64,000 bases of DNA from a virus: IMG/VR virus record IMGVR_UViG_3300035698_019747, positions 64,001 to 128,000 of that record; one strand, 5' to 3'. The notes below the pieces were generated by a model. The model was not told where the DNA came from. It made no database searches and worked only from the letters and a program-made list of their open reading frames with translations. Made by a program: the position numbers and the translations under genes. Below are positions 42,631 to 51,398 of this stretch, one piece after another (the stretch's first letter is position 1; every line of letters starts with the position of its first letter).

Positions 42631-42999
42631 ATGGATAAGGAAAGTATATTTGAATTACAAAAAATAGATTGTAATTGCAATGATTGTATATTTATGATAC
42701 GTGATTTAGAAAAGTATAAAGCTTCTGTCAAATTTCATCACGCTATACAATTGGAATATTTTAACAGTGTTAAATCAAAGTTGATTAAAAGAGCTAACTG
42801 GTGGCGAGTTAAGAAGAATGATTTAGAAAATTTTAATGATATTATGACTGAGGCAGACTCAATGGTTTTTCAATTTGATAAAAATGTAGTGTCTATTAAT
42901 TATGGTGACTGTAGTAAGTTAAATAAGAAAGTTTCTTTTATACCTAATACAATACAATTAGAAACACAAGATTGCTTTAAGCATAGAAGAGAATTATAA
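42631..42999 (+). CDS. Cys-rich hypothetical protein
   Basis: DCNCNDC...YGDC...QDCFKHR. Confidence 0.75.
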   Translation: MDKESIFELQKIDCNCNDCIFMIRDLEKYKASVKFHHAIQLEYFNSVKSKLIKRANWWRVKKNDLENFNDIMTEADSMVFQFDKNVVSINYGDCSKLNKKVSFIPNTIQLETQDCFKHRREL

Positions 43000-43003
43000 A
43001 TAC

Positions 43004-43081
43004 GGTGGGAGATTAGGCTATGTGGTAAGTAGCACAAGCCTTCTAAAAGCTTGGACAGGGGTTCGACTCCCCCTCTCACCA
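43004..43081 (+). tRNA. Atypical tRNA-like RNA; anticodon CUA (amber) or UCU in an expanded loop
   Basis: GGTGGGAG/CTCTCACC acceptor, GCTA/TAGC D-stem, CAAGC-CTTCTAAAA-GCTTG anticodon arm, GGGG-TTCGACT-CCCC T-arm. Confidence 0.7.
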
Positions 43082-43217
43082 CTTATTTTTATATTTATAT
43101 AAACAAAAATACTTAAAATGATATAATGTTAAGTACCCGACTTTGGCGGTCTGGATAAGGGGACTTAAATTTTACCTTTTGAACTATCAGGATTAACAAT
43201 TAAAATTAAAAATTATT

Positions 43218-43922
43218 ATGAAAGATGATTTAGGTAAAAGAATGAAAGAAAACTATGAAATAAGAACTCGTAGTTTTCTACCAAGAAGAACAAATGTCAT
43301 TATCCGTTTAGATGGTAAGGCATTTCACACTTATACAAAAGGATTGGATAAACCCTTTGACTATAAGTTAATGGATGATATGATGGAAACAACTAAATTT
43401 TTATGTGAAAACATACAAGGTTGTAAAATTGGATACACCCAAAGCGATGAAATATCTTTACTCTTAACAGATTATGATAACATCAAAACTTCATCTTGGT
43501 ATGATGGTCAAGTTCAGAAAATCACAAGCGTGTCAGCTAGTTTAGCTACCGCTAAATTTAACCAACTTAGACCAGAGAAATTAGCATTTTTCGATAGCAG
43601 AGTTTTCGTAATTCCTGATAAAGAAGAAGTCGTGAATTATTTTATTTGGAGACAACAAGATGCAACAAGAAATTCACTTTCTATGGCATCTCAGAGTGTT
43701 TATTCCGATAAACAGTTGTTCAAAAAGAATTCTTCTGATAAACAAGAAATGCTAATGGAAAAGGGTATTAACTGGAATGATTATCCAGTGAGTGCTAAAA
43801 GAGGTAGTAGCGTGATTAGAAAAACTTTTGATTACGAAGAAACCACAAGGAGTAAATGGGACTATACTGACATTCCTATCATAACCAAAGATAGGGATTT
43901 TATACTCGATTTACTGCCTTAA
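43218..43922 (+). CDS. thg1: tRNA-His guanylyltransferase Thg1-like protein
   Basis: IIRLDGKAFHTYT, YTQSDEISLL, QKITSVSAS, FDSR, YFIWRQQDATRNS. Confidence 0.95.
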   Translation: MKDDLGKRMKENYEIRTRSFLPRRTNVIIRLDGKAFHTYTKGLDKPFDYKLMDDMMETTKFLCENIQGCKIGYTQSDEISLLLTDYDNIKTSSWYDGQVQKITSVSASLATAKFNQLRPEKLAFFDSRVFVIPDKEEVVNYFIWRQQDATRNSLSMASQSVYSDKQLFKKNSSDKQEMLMEKGINWNDYPVSAKRGSSVIRKTFDYEETTRSKWDYTDIPIITKDRDFILDLLP

Positions 43923-43925
43923 TTA

Positions 43926-43958
43926 AAAAGAGGACTAAATATATTTTAGTCCTCTTTT
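43926..43958. terminator. Bidirectional intrinsic terminator
   Basis: AAAAGAGGACTAAA/TTTAGTCCTCTTTT inverted repeat between convergent genes. Confidence 0.85.
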
Positions 43959-43961
43959 GTT

Positions 43962-44607
43962 TTACTTCTTTTCTTTTTTATCAAATTCTCTTTCTATATA
44001 AAGATAAAGATATTTCAAATAACGTTTTTTTGTTTTATCATTTATATTTTTTTCAATATGCAACCATAAAGGATGTTCTTTTATACCTTTTATCGCCTCT
44101 TTTATATTTTTTGGTTTTCCACTCATTGCTATATCAGACAAACTCTGTGCAAATGCCATTATTTCATCTTTATTTGAGAAATATGCTTTCATATCATTTA
44201 CATCACCTAAGAACTCACCGTGTGTTTTAACTGTCTTATTCTTCATTTGTCCATGATGTACAAACTCATGTTTTAAAATATGCAGAAACAGAATTATATC
44301 AGAGATTATAATTTTGCTTCTTACCAATAACCATTCTTATGTTATTCGTCTTAGGGTTAGTTAATCCAAATATAGGATTTATTAGGATAGAATTTGCTTC
44401 CTTTCGTTTTTTATCACTATCTAAATCTGATAAAAATTCCTTTTGGTCAACTATTTCTACATTATATTTATCACATACTTCCTTTAATTCTAAAAAGCTT
44501 ATATTTGGAACACCTTTTATTTTGGAGTGAAGCTCATTAGATAATGCTTTATAATCTCCTGTTTCCCATTCAACGATAGATTCGGTATATTTAACTAAAT
44601 ATTTCAT
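43962..44607 (-). pseudogene. Zn-metallopeptidase-like protein (HEFVH...EIMAFA) split by a frameshift near 44310-44327
   Basis: N-half MKYLVKYTES..., C-half LKHEFVHHGQ...YFSNKDEIMAFA in an overlapping frame. Confidence 0.6.
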
Positions 44608-44652
44608 ATATAACTTACATTTTTAATATATATTAAAAAAAACTCAACAATT

Positions 44653-44835
44653 ATGATACCAATAACAATACCATATGAATTATTAATTATAGTAATATTA
44701 ACAATGATGATTCTAGCAGCAGGAGTTGAGGATGTTGCGTGGAAGGCATTCTTTTTTTTTCTTTTCATATTATCATTTGTGTTCTTAATCACAAAAATAT
44801 CTGGATTGAACTTAATTATATGGGGAGCATTTTAG
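44653..44835 (+). CDS. Small 2-TM membrane protein
   Basis: Two hydrophobic helices. Confidence 0.55.
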   Translation: MIPITIPYELLIIVILTMMILAAGVEDVAWKAFFFFLFILSFVFLITKISGLNLIIWGAF

Positions 44836-44997
44836 AAATTTTATGTTGATATATACAAGTATCAAAAATTAGACAACTTCGCCTACTGACTCTACATCAA
44901 AGTGTGGGTCTACACACCTATTTAAATTAGTATTTAACAAGGTTTGTCTTAAACTCACACCCCCCCACTATTTAAATATTCTAATGTTTTATTATTG

Positions 44998-45720
44998 TTA
45001 TTTTGTGATATTTTTCTTTAAATCTAATAAGAACCTATATAATTTAATAATACGAGCATAAGGTGTGGAATTTCTAAAAGCATTTAAATCTTTCATTATG
45101 AATATATTACTCTTATCAAATAATTTTTTCCAATCATTATAAACCCCCATATATTCTGTATTTTTTTTAGCAAAATTCTCAAAATTTGGATACGATATAT
45201 TACCACCTTTAAATATTTCAGAAGGGGTTATTTTACTCATATTTAGAGAACCATCACTGTCTATAATATTTTTAGCATCTCTAAATGCCCTTTCTAATTC
45301 TTCAATATCATTTAAATGTAGTACAGCTTGTTCTGCGAAAACTGATAAAGGTTGCACTAATACCTTATTATCTAATGCGGGTATTATCAATTCTTCAAAG
45401 TATGATAAGGCTTTATCTGCATTTTCTCTCTTTTTTATATCAATTAAATCTCGTCTTGTTACTTGAATGAGTTTATCTAAGTTTTTTATGAATTCTTCTG
45501 TTTCATTATTCTTAATCCAAGCACTAAACCCCTCTCCATCTAAATTAAAGTCAGTGTCTAGGTATTCATCTTGCTTTGAATTCCAATCAAAATTAAATAG
45601 GAAAAAATGACCATATTCGTCTTTTAATGTGGATTTAACATCTTCTGGAAATGAATTTATGTCTATATTATTCACATTTCCCTCATTTATATGTTCTTGT
45701 TTTGATAATAAATATTTCAT
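44998..45720 (-). CDS. Hypothetical protein with capsid-targeting-like N-terminus
   Basis: MKYLLSKQEHINE. Confidence 0.7.
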   Translation of the reverse strand: MKYLLSKQEHINEGNVNNIDINSFPEDVKSTLKDEYGHFFLFNFDWNSKQDEYLDTDFNLDGEGFSAWIKNNETEEFIKNLDKLIQVTRRDLIDIKKRENADKALSYFEELIIPALDNKVLVQPLSVFAEQAVLHLNDIEELERAFRDAKNIIDSDGSLNMSKITPSEIFKGGNISYPNFENFAKKNTEYMGVYNDWKKLFDKSNIFIMKDLNAFRNSTPYARIIKLYRFLLDLKKNITK

Positions 45721-46209
45721 TTATTTTAATAGTTTTTTTATAATACTTTCCGAGTTATTTAAAAGGTATTCTAACCCAAAGTGTTTAGGCTCTATTTCTA
45801 ATAACTCATCATATGTTACCCATTTATAACTCTCTGTTTCCCAATTTAATACTGGTTCAAAATCATCCACTAGTGCTACAAAGTTATGATAAGCAAAAAC
45901 CACTTTTTCATTTTTCTTAACTTCAAATATAGCGGCAGGTATAATTTTATGGATTTCTCCTTTATATCCAGACTCTTCTACTAATTCATTTATAGCACCT
46001 TGTATAGGACTATTGGTTTCTTGGTCATCAAGCTTACCACCCCATATACCAAATGTATTTGGTTCATTTACATACTTACTTCTAAGAGCAATTAATATCT
46101 TTCCTGATGTTGATATGGGCAAAATTCCCGCGCCAATATTCCCCCAGAAATTATCTCCTTCATTATTATCAAATACTTCGTAATTTTCAAATTTTTTTAT
46201 ATATTTCAT
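45721..46209 (-). CDS. Nudix hydrolase with capsid-targeting-like N-terminus
   Basis: MKYIKKFENY; GAGIL, WGGKLDDQETNSPIQGAINELVEESG, LNWETESYKW. Confidence 0.85.
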   Translation of the reverse strand: MKYIKKFENYEVFDNNEGDNFWGNIGAGILPISTSGKILIALRSKYVNEPNTFGIWGGKLDDQETNSPIQGAINELVEESGYKGEIHKIIPAAIFEVKKNEKVVFAYHNFVALVDDFEPVLNWETESYKWVTYDELLEIEPKHFGLEYLLNNSESIIKKLLK

Positions 46210-46242
46210 ATTTAACCTTTTTTTCACTTTTTTTAATTATAT

Positions 46243-46440
46243 TTGTTTATGAAAAATTTCATAATAAAATATATTTACAAAAATAATAAAGCCTTTTTCA
46301 CTTTAATCGGATTGTTAATCGGATCAGTAATTGGTTACTTTATGGGACAATTACATTTAGAGCATACTTACATTATCTCAATACCATCATCAATTATTGT
46401 ATTAGCATATTTAGATATAAACGGTGGGTTAGATTTATAA
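46243..46440 (+). CDS. Small 2-TM membrane protein
   Basis: Two hydrophobic segments. Confidence 0.55.
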   Translation: MFMKNFIIKYIYKNNKAFFTLIGLLIGSVIGYFMGQLHLEHTYIISIPSSIIVLAYLDINGGLDL

Positions 46441-46451
46441 ATAAATTAAAA

Positions 46452-46940
46452 TTATACTTCTGCGCCAATAGACTTAGCAACAATTGATATCGCCATAAGA
46501 ACAGCAAATGCTATAAACCATGGCTGTGCATTATATGCTGATTGCTCTATTATTGTAATTGTAGCAGAAACAATAGCCGTTATAATACCAGAACCCAGTG
46601 CTATATTACCTAATATATTAGAAATTTTTCTAGCTATTTTTTCTACTTTATTATCTTTATCCATAGATTCTTTTAATGATATATCAAATTCACTTTTCTT
46701 AAAATCACTCATATTTATTGATGCTAAGCTATCAATAACACCATTATCGTTATTAACACCCTTTAATATACTCATAACTTCAGTCTTCACTTTATTGATA
46801 ATATCTACTAACATATTAGCATGCTCTCCTATAAATGGTATTCTTTTAATAACATTCATTATATTACCTTCTAGTAAAATTTCATAATTATTTTTTTTAA
46901 GTTCTCTTTCAAATATTTTATATGTTTTTAAATTATTCAT
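46452..46940 (-). CDS. Protein with capsid-targeting-like N-terminus and C-terminal TM hairpin
   Basis: MNNLKTYKIFE; two C-terminal hydrophobic helices; adjacent to the amidase. Confidence 0.65.
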   Translation of the reverse strand: MNNLKTYKIFERELKKNNYEILLEGNIMNVIKRIPFIGEHANMLVDIINKVKTEVMSILKGVNNDNGVIDSLASINMSDFKKSEFDISLKESMDKDNKVEKIARKISNILGNIALGSGIITAIVSATITIIEQSAYNAQPWFIAFAVLMAISIVAKSIGAEV

Positions 46941-46952
46941 ATTAAGTTTTTT

Positions 46953-47702
46953 TTATCCAATTAGCTTTTGGTCATCAATCTGCTGTATAGCTTCATAGTG
47001 ATATTTAGCAATCTTTTTTCTTCCCTCTTCACTCATTAATATTTCCTTACATTCCCTAGGATTAGTCATAAAGAAATTCTCTGTTAGAATAGCTGGCATA
47101 ACAGTTTTAGTTAATACCCAAAACTTTGCTTCCTTATCCACATCACCATCTCTTGCATCAGTTCTTAATTTACCTAGTGGAAATTCTTCTCTCCATGTTT
47201 TGGCGAATGTATCAGCTACCTTATCACTTAATGTTTGCCCTGGACTAGTATAAACACTCCAACCTCTAGCATTTTGTCTATTAAATGCATCACTGTGTAT
47301 AGAAACATAAATCATTATTCTCTTTTTCTTTCCCTTTTTTTGTTCATTTACATTTAACATATTAGCCAAATCAGTTCTTATTTTAAGAGGTGTATCTAAC
47401 TGATTATCTATAAGATTCACATAAGATATGTTTCTCTCTTCTAATTCCTTTGTGATTCTTAAAACAAAATCTCTATTAGACTCACCTTCAAAAAGCTGAG
47501 TGCCATCAGGCCATATTGGGGAACGTTTCCCTTCGGTTTGGTAGATACCATCAATGACACCACCATGACCACTATCTAAAACCCATATATAATTTGAAGA
47601 ACCCTCAAAAACAGTGTATTGATTCCCCCTATATTCTTTTGAATATTTAGTTTGGTTTGATCTTATTATTTTTGGTATTCTTGGTATTTTCCACGTTTTC
47701 AT
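46953..47702 (-). CDS. N-acetylmuramoyl-L-alanine amidase (Amidase_3), probable endolysin
   Basis: VLDSGHGG, FEG, SIHSDA, MPAILTENFFMTNPRE. Confidence 0.92.
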   Translation of the reverse strand: MKTWKIPRIPKIIRSNQTKYSKEYRGNQYTVFEGSSNYIWVLDSGHGGVIDGIYQTEGKRSPIWPDGTQLFEGESNRDFVLRITKELEERNISYVNLIDNQLDTPLKIRTDLANMLNVNEQKKGKKKRIMIYVSIHSDAFNRQNARGWSVYTSPGQTLSDKVADTFAKTWREEFPLGKLRTDARDGDVDKEAKFWVLTKTVMPAILTENFFMTNPRECKEILMSEEGRKKIAKYHYEAIQQIDDQKLIG

Positions 47703-47735
47703 ATCATATCATATTATTTTTATATTAAGTTATAC

Positions 47736-48116
47736 TTACTCCGAATCCGAAGTCATTTTTTTAAATAAGTCTTGAATTGCTATTTTAGTACTCATTACTA
47801 TATAATCATATAAACTATTCGTTGAACCTATTTCCTCTGGGGAAGAAGTGAAATGAACAATATCACTCAAAACACTATCTATATCATTCATATTCTTTAA
47901 ATAGAAATCATACACATCACTGTCGTTTACTAGTCCTATTATAGTAGTTTCACTATCACCTATATAACTTTTCATTGTTTTTAATTGTAAGCTACTATCA
48001 CCACTATTGGTACTCTTTTTTAAGATATCAATCAATTCATTCTGAACTTCTTCAAAGTCATCTGAAATTTTAACCTTAGTTGCTAAATCCTCTCTTATTA
48101 TTGTGAACTTCTTCAT
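47736..48116 (-). CDS. Hypothetical protein
   Basis: MKKFTIIRE start. Confidence 0.7.
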   Translation of the reverse strand: MKKFTIIREDLATKVKISDDFEEVQNELIDILKKSTNSGDSSLQLKTMKSYIGDSETTIIGLVNDSDVYDFYLKNMNDIDSVLSDIVHFTSSPEEIGSTNSLYDYIVMSTKIAIQDLFKKMTSDSE

Positions 48117-48361
48117 GTGTATCTTATATTATAGTTATTTAATTTATATTTTTCTAACTTTGATATGATATAATCTATATCAGTATCAGACCAAGTTATA
48201 TTGCCCCCTAATGGGTATCGTTCATTATCTAGAATTTTGATAAACCTATTAGCCACCTTCACTCTCTTTTCATTTAATTTATCCTTAAAAGATTTGTCTA
48301 TTCCATCGATAGTTTCTTGGTTTATATTTAGTTCAAAAAATTTTTTTAATTTCTTGGGCAT
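48113..48361 (-). CDS. Hypothetical protein
   Basis: MPKKLKKFFE start; TTAATATATA at 48388-48379. Confidence 0.65.
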   Translation of the reverse strand: MPKKLKKFFELNINQETIDGIDKSFKDKLNEKRVKVANRFIKILDNERYPLGGNITWSDTDIDYIISKLEKYKLNNYNIRYT

Positions 48362-48398
48362 ATTTCTTTTCTTTCTTTTATATATTAAAAAAAAATTG

Positions 48399-48406
48399 TA
48401 TATTTG
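48399..48406 (+). promoter_or_regulatory. Bacteroidota sigma-70 -7 element TATATTTG (representative copy)
   Basis: Also upstream of genes at 2610(-), 7193(-), 13368, 14227(-), 35459, 39879, 41711, 42379, 46238, 51788(-), 58734. Confidence 0.8.
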
Positions 48407-48409
48407 TAT

Positions 48410-48615
48410 AAAATAGCCAGAGGTTGTATCGCTCCACGGAGAGGAAATTCAGGACAACATTGCTCACGGAAGGAGGGTTAGACAAAAGCCCGTTTGCACT
48501 TCCCAGGTTGCAACACGAACAGACTTAGTAGGTGAGCAATACTTTTATAGTCGGGTTAGTGGCAAATAGGTAAATGATACATTAAAACAGGATTCTGATT
48601 ACGCTCAGCTATTTT
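48410..48615 (+). ncRNA. rnpB: Minimal RNase P RNA (type A catalytic core, S-domain nearly absent)
   Basis: CR-I GAGGAAATTCAGGA (48441-54) and CR-V ACAGGATTCTGATTA (48587-601) form P4 with bulged U and compensatory changes; P1, P2, P5+CAA, P6, P7, P15-P17, L15 GGU and CR-IV TAGGTAAATG all identified; TATATTTG promoter at 48399. Confidence 0.9.
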
Positions 48616-48654
48616 TTATTTTTAAACAAAAAAATTAAATACTAATATATACAT

Positions 48655-49203
48655 ATGAACAATAAAACAATCGCCATTTTTGATTTTGATCAAACACTTT
48701 ACATGTGTCCACTCCCAACACCTGAGAATCGAGAGAAGCTATCTAAAGCTATAGATTATACAAGAAGTGGGTGGTGGGGCAGAGGTGAAAGCCTTAACTT
48801 AGATGTATTTGATATACTTCCCAACCCACACATTAAGAGTCAGTATGATATACATTCTGAAATTGGTAATAAACGATTTATGCTAACTGGTAGAATCTTT
48901 CGACTTAAAGAAGCTGTTAGAAATGTGTTTAGAAAAGATGGTTTTAGTTTCGATGGGGAATATTATGCAGATGGTAGAAGAACTATAGATTATAAATTAG
49001 CTATTATTGATGAATTAGTTGAAACACACAATCCATCAACTATATATTTCTATGATGATAGAGAAGAACATATTCAAGAATTTCGTACTAAAGGGGACGA
49101 GTTAAAGGATACTAAAGGAATTGACTTTTACCAGTACCAAGTTTTTATTGATGGTTCTGGTATTATTGAAGTTCCATATGGACAGAAAGGGGTGGTCGAA
49201 TAG
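48655..49203 (+). CDS. HAD phosphatase (PNKP / Swiss-army-knife RNA-repair-like)
   Basis: FDFDQTL, MLTGR, YK, FYDDREEH. Confidence 0.8.
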   Translation: MNNKTIAIFDFDQTLYMCPLPTPENREKLSKAIDYTRSGWWGRGESLNLDVFDILPNPHIKSQYDIHSEIGNKRFMLTGRIFRLKEAVRNVFRKDGFSFDGEYYADGRRTIDYKLAIIDELVETHNPSTIYFYDDREEHIQEFRTKGDELKDTKGIDFYQYQVFIDGSGIIEVPYGQKGVVE

Positions 49204-49254
49204 ACCCCCTTATTTTTCACCCCATGTTTTACCACAAGATCTACATCTCTCAAT

Positions 49255-49455
49255 TTAACCACCCATTAACTCATCTACGGAAGAGTGTTTACATATATAT
49301 TGCGCTTCATATTCTTTCATTTTAATGTCATTTTTATCACCTACCATTATAATCTTGCGATAATCACTTGTCTCACAACCCTCTTTGTGTTCTTTCTTTA
49401 GTGTATCATATCTCTTTTTACTTATCATAATATCCAATCTAATTTCCTCATTCAT
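49255..49455 (-). CDS. Hypothetical protein
   Basis: ORF in a co-oriented run. Confidence 0.55.
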   Translation of the reverse strand: MNEEIRLDIMISKKRYDTLKKEHKEGCETSDYRKIIMVGDKNDIKMKEYEAQYICKHSSVDELMGG

Positions 49456-49757
49456 TTATCAACACTACTTGATAATATCTTATCAATATTAGCTTTCCTT
49501 GTCTCATATATATTTTTCTCAACATATCTTCCGAGTATTGAATTACATTCTTCACCAATACTGTTATAATAAAATTCTTCTATTATAATTAATTCATAAT
49601 TTTCATTTACCCCCTTAGTTACTTTTTTAACAGTTAACTTATTCATATCTATGCCTTCTGGCCAGTCAAAATATGGATTAACTGATATAACTCTCCTAAT
49701 GCTTATTATATCCCCCTTACATATTTCTCCTATGATAACATCACTATTTTCTTTCAT
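49452..49757 (-). CDS. Hypothetical protein
   Basis: Likely start MKENSD; C-terminal RKANIDKIL motif. Confidence 0.6.
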   Translation of the reverse strand: MKENSDVIIGEICKGDIISIRRVISVNPYFDWPEGIDMNKLTVKKVTKGVNENYELIIIEEFYYNSIGEECNSILGRYVEKNIYETRKANIDKILSSSVDK

Positions 49758-49767
49758 GTGTATTATA

Positions 49768-51102
49768 TTATTTTTTGATTGAATGTTTAACACGCACTTC
49801 CTTCAATCTATTTGGTGTTAAATATATAATATTCTCTAAATAATTTAATTTTTTACCTATTCTGTAAGTGAATATATAAGGAGTGAATTCTTCGCCTCTA
49901 ATCTGTTTATTGAAATCTATATTTATATCCAACACTTCACTCATAGTTTTTAAAGGTTTTTTATCAACTGCAATACCAACTACTAAATCACCTATTACAT
50001 GTTCCCCATTACTATATAATACAGAATCCCTACTCCCCTTTTTATTTTTTATATATACATATCCTCTATAAACAAGTTCATATCTAAATTCCACTTTTTT
50101 AAGTTCAAAATTTATAAGTGATTGTATATAAACATCATCTTTTTTAATAACACTGCCGTCTTGCACATATACAGGATAAGGCGAATTATCTATGATATAT
50201 TTCATCATACTTGGTATTGTGCCATTTATAGTTCCTTTAGTTGTGAAGTAATCACTTAAATTATTTTCAAATCTAACTGATTTTTTAAGATTTTCAATTT
50301 TATTTTTATTTATTATTAATTTAGTGACATATCTGCTTATATTTTTTATAGGATTAGTCATCTCTTCCCATTCATCAAAATGTCCGTTATTATGTGATTT
50401 ATATCTAAATGGACTTATTTTATAATTATTTGATAATTTAGATGCATCTATTTCTAATTTTAAGAAACTTGTTGGAGCATCCCCTAGATAAGAGTTCATC
50501 ATTTTATTTCTGGTAAAAGATATCTTACCACTATTTGAAGCTATATAAGGTGAAAGCTTATCATTATCTATAATAAACTTAAATTTATTATTATCTATAA
50601 TATGATATAAATTCCCATAATTCACACCTTCAGTTATATTTGTGTTTTCTATATTTGTTATAATTGATGTTCTACCCCTTAGTTGATAAGCATAATCACT
50701 TGGTATATCTCGTTCTAAGAAACGCTTGTTTATAATTGCTCTTTTATTTGTAGCACCAGTTCTCATATATTTCTTATCCTCAGCATCAGTATTCACATGA
50801 GTGATATATATTTTTGTTGGTTTTATATTCTTTAAGAAATCTACTGTTATATCTGTTACTGTTCTTAAAATACCTATTGCATCACTTGTCCCCAATTCTT
50901 CATATTGAGTTTTATAATTTGTCACATCATAACTTCTAGCATACTCGCCTTCAATAGCATCACCTAAATTCTCAAAATTAACGATAAATTCTAAATCATC
51001 TTTACCCTTAAATGTATATGAATAATTACCCATATCATCTTTTATAAATGATGTGAAATCATACTTCTCATTTATTTGATCATATTTAAATAAGTATTTC
51101 AT
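49768..51102 (-). CDS. Multidomain protein with capsid-targeting-like N-terminus and an ART-like middle domain
   Basis: MKYLFKYDQINE; NLYH...ISFTRN...LEIDASKL...DEWEE. Confidence 0.6.
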   Translation of the reverse strand: MKYLFKYDQINEKYDFTSFIKDDMGNYSYTFKGKDDLEFIVNFENLGDAIEGEYARSYDVTNYKTQYEELGTSDAIGILRTVTDITVDFLKNIKPTKIYITHVNTDAEDKKYMRTGATNKRAIINKRFLERDIPSDYAYQLRGRTSIITNIENTNITEGVNYGNLYHIIDNNKFKFIIDNDKLSPYIASNSGKISFTRNKMMNSYLGDAPTSFLKLEIDASKLSNNYKISPFRYKSHNNGHFDEWEEMTNPIKNISRYVTKLIINKNKIENLKKSVRFENNLSDYFTTKGTINGTIPSMMKYIIDNSPYPVYVQDGSVIKKDDVYIQSLINFELKKVEFRYELVYRGYVYIKNKKGSRDSVLYSNGEHVIGDLVVGIAVDKKPLKTMSEVLDINIDFNKQIRGEEFTPYIFTYRIGKKLNYLENIIYLTPNRLKEVRVKHSIKK

Positions 51103-51106
51103 AACA

Positions 51107-51116
51107 TATATATTAA
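51107..51116 (-). promoter_or_regulatory. Putative late promoter TTAATATATA (representative copy)
   Basis: Found shortly upstream of starts at 1003, 8189, 25659, 35434, 37364, 44607, 48361, 51102, 54991, 58693, 63209. Confidence 0.6.
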
Positions 51117-51139
51117 AAATATATATTATTATTTATTTG

Positions 51140-51211
51140 CACGCATGGTGAGACTCGAACTCACATCAACGGTTTTGGAGACCGTTATCCTACCAATTGG
51201 ACGACACACAT
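51140..51211 (-). tRNA. tRNA-Trp(CCA)
   Basis: ACGGT-CTCCAAA-ACCGT, GTTCGAGTC; GU-rich acceptor stem. Confidence 0.9.
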
Positions 51212-51219
51212 ATTTCTTG

Positions 51220-51313
51220 TCTAGAGAACGGGATTTGAACCCGTGGAGCATACTATCTGTGTACACTCAGCCGTTTCCAAGACGACTTGCTTAAACCACT
51301 CGCACATCTCTAG
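51220..51313 (-). tRNA. tRNA with UGG anticodon (Pro) on a long-variable-arm body
   Basis: CTAGAGA/TCTCTAG-A, GAGTGGTTTAA D-loop, GTCGT-CTTGGAA-ACGGC, 8-bp V-arm GAGTGTAC/GTATGCTC, GGTTCAAATCC. Confidence 0.85.
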
Positions 51314-51317
51314 TTTG

Positions 51318-51390
51318 TCGGGAAGGTAGGAATCGAACCTACTAACTGATGCTTCCAATGCACCCGTGCTTAAACCTTAGTCACTTCCCG
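51318..51390 (-). tRNA. tRNA-Pro(UGG), A37, irregular D-arm
   Basis: CGGGAAG/CTTCCCG-A, GGTGC-ATTGGAA-GCATC, GGTTCGATTCC. Confidence 0.85.
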
Positions 51391-51398
51391 ATATTTTG

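Noticed and set aside
43004-43081. tmRNA
   Set aside because: The ends resemble a tRNA-like domain, but the element is only 78 nt, with no tag reading frame and no G3-U70 pair
46243-46940. Holin call for membrane proteins near the amidase
   Set aside because: Only hydrophobicity and proximity support it; no family motif recognised
51220-51313. Ordinary tRNA-Ser(GGA) or tRNA-Sec
   Set aside because: Stem pairing GTCGT/ACGGC centres TGG in a 7-nt loop, and C1-G72/A73 fit Pro; there is no UCA anticodon
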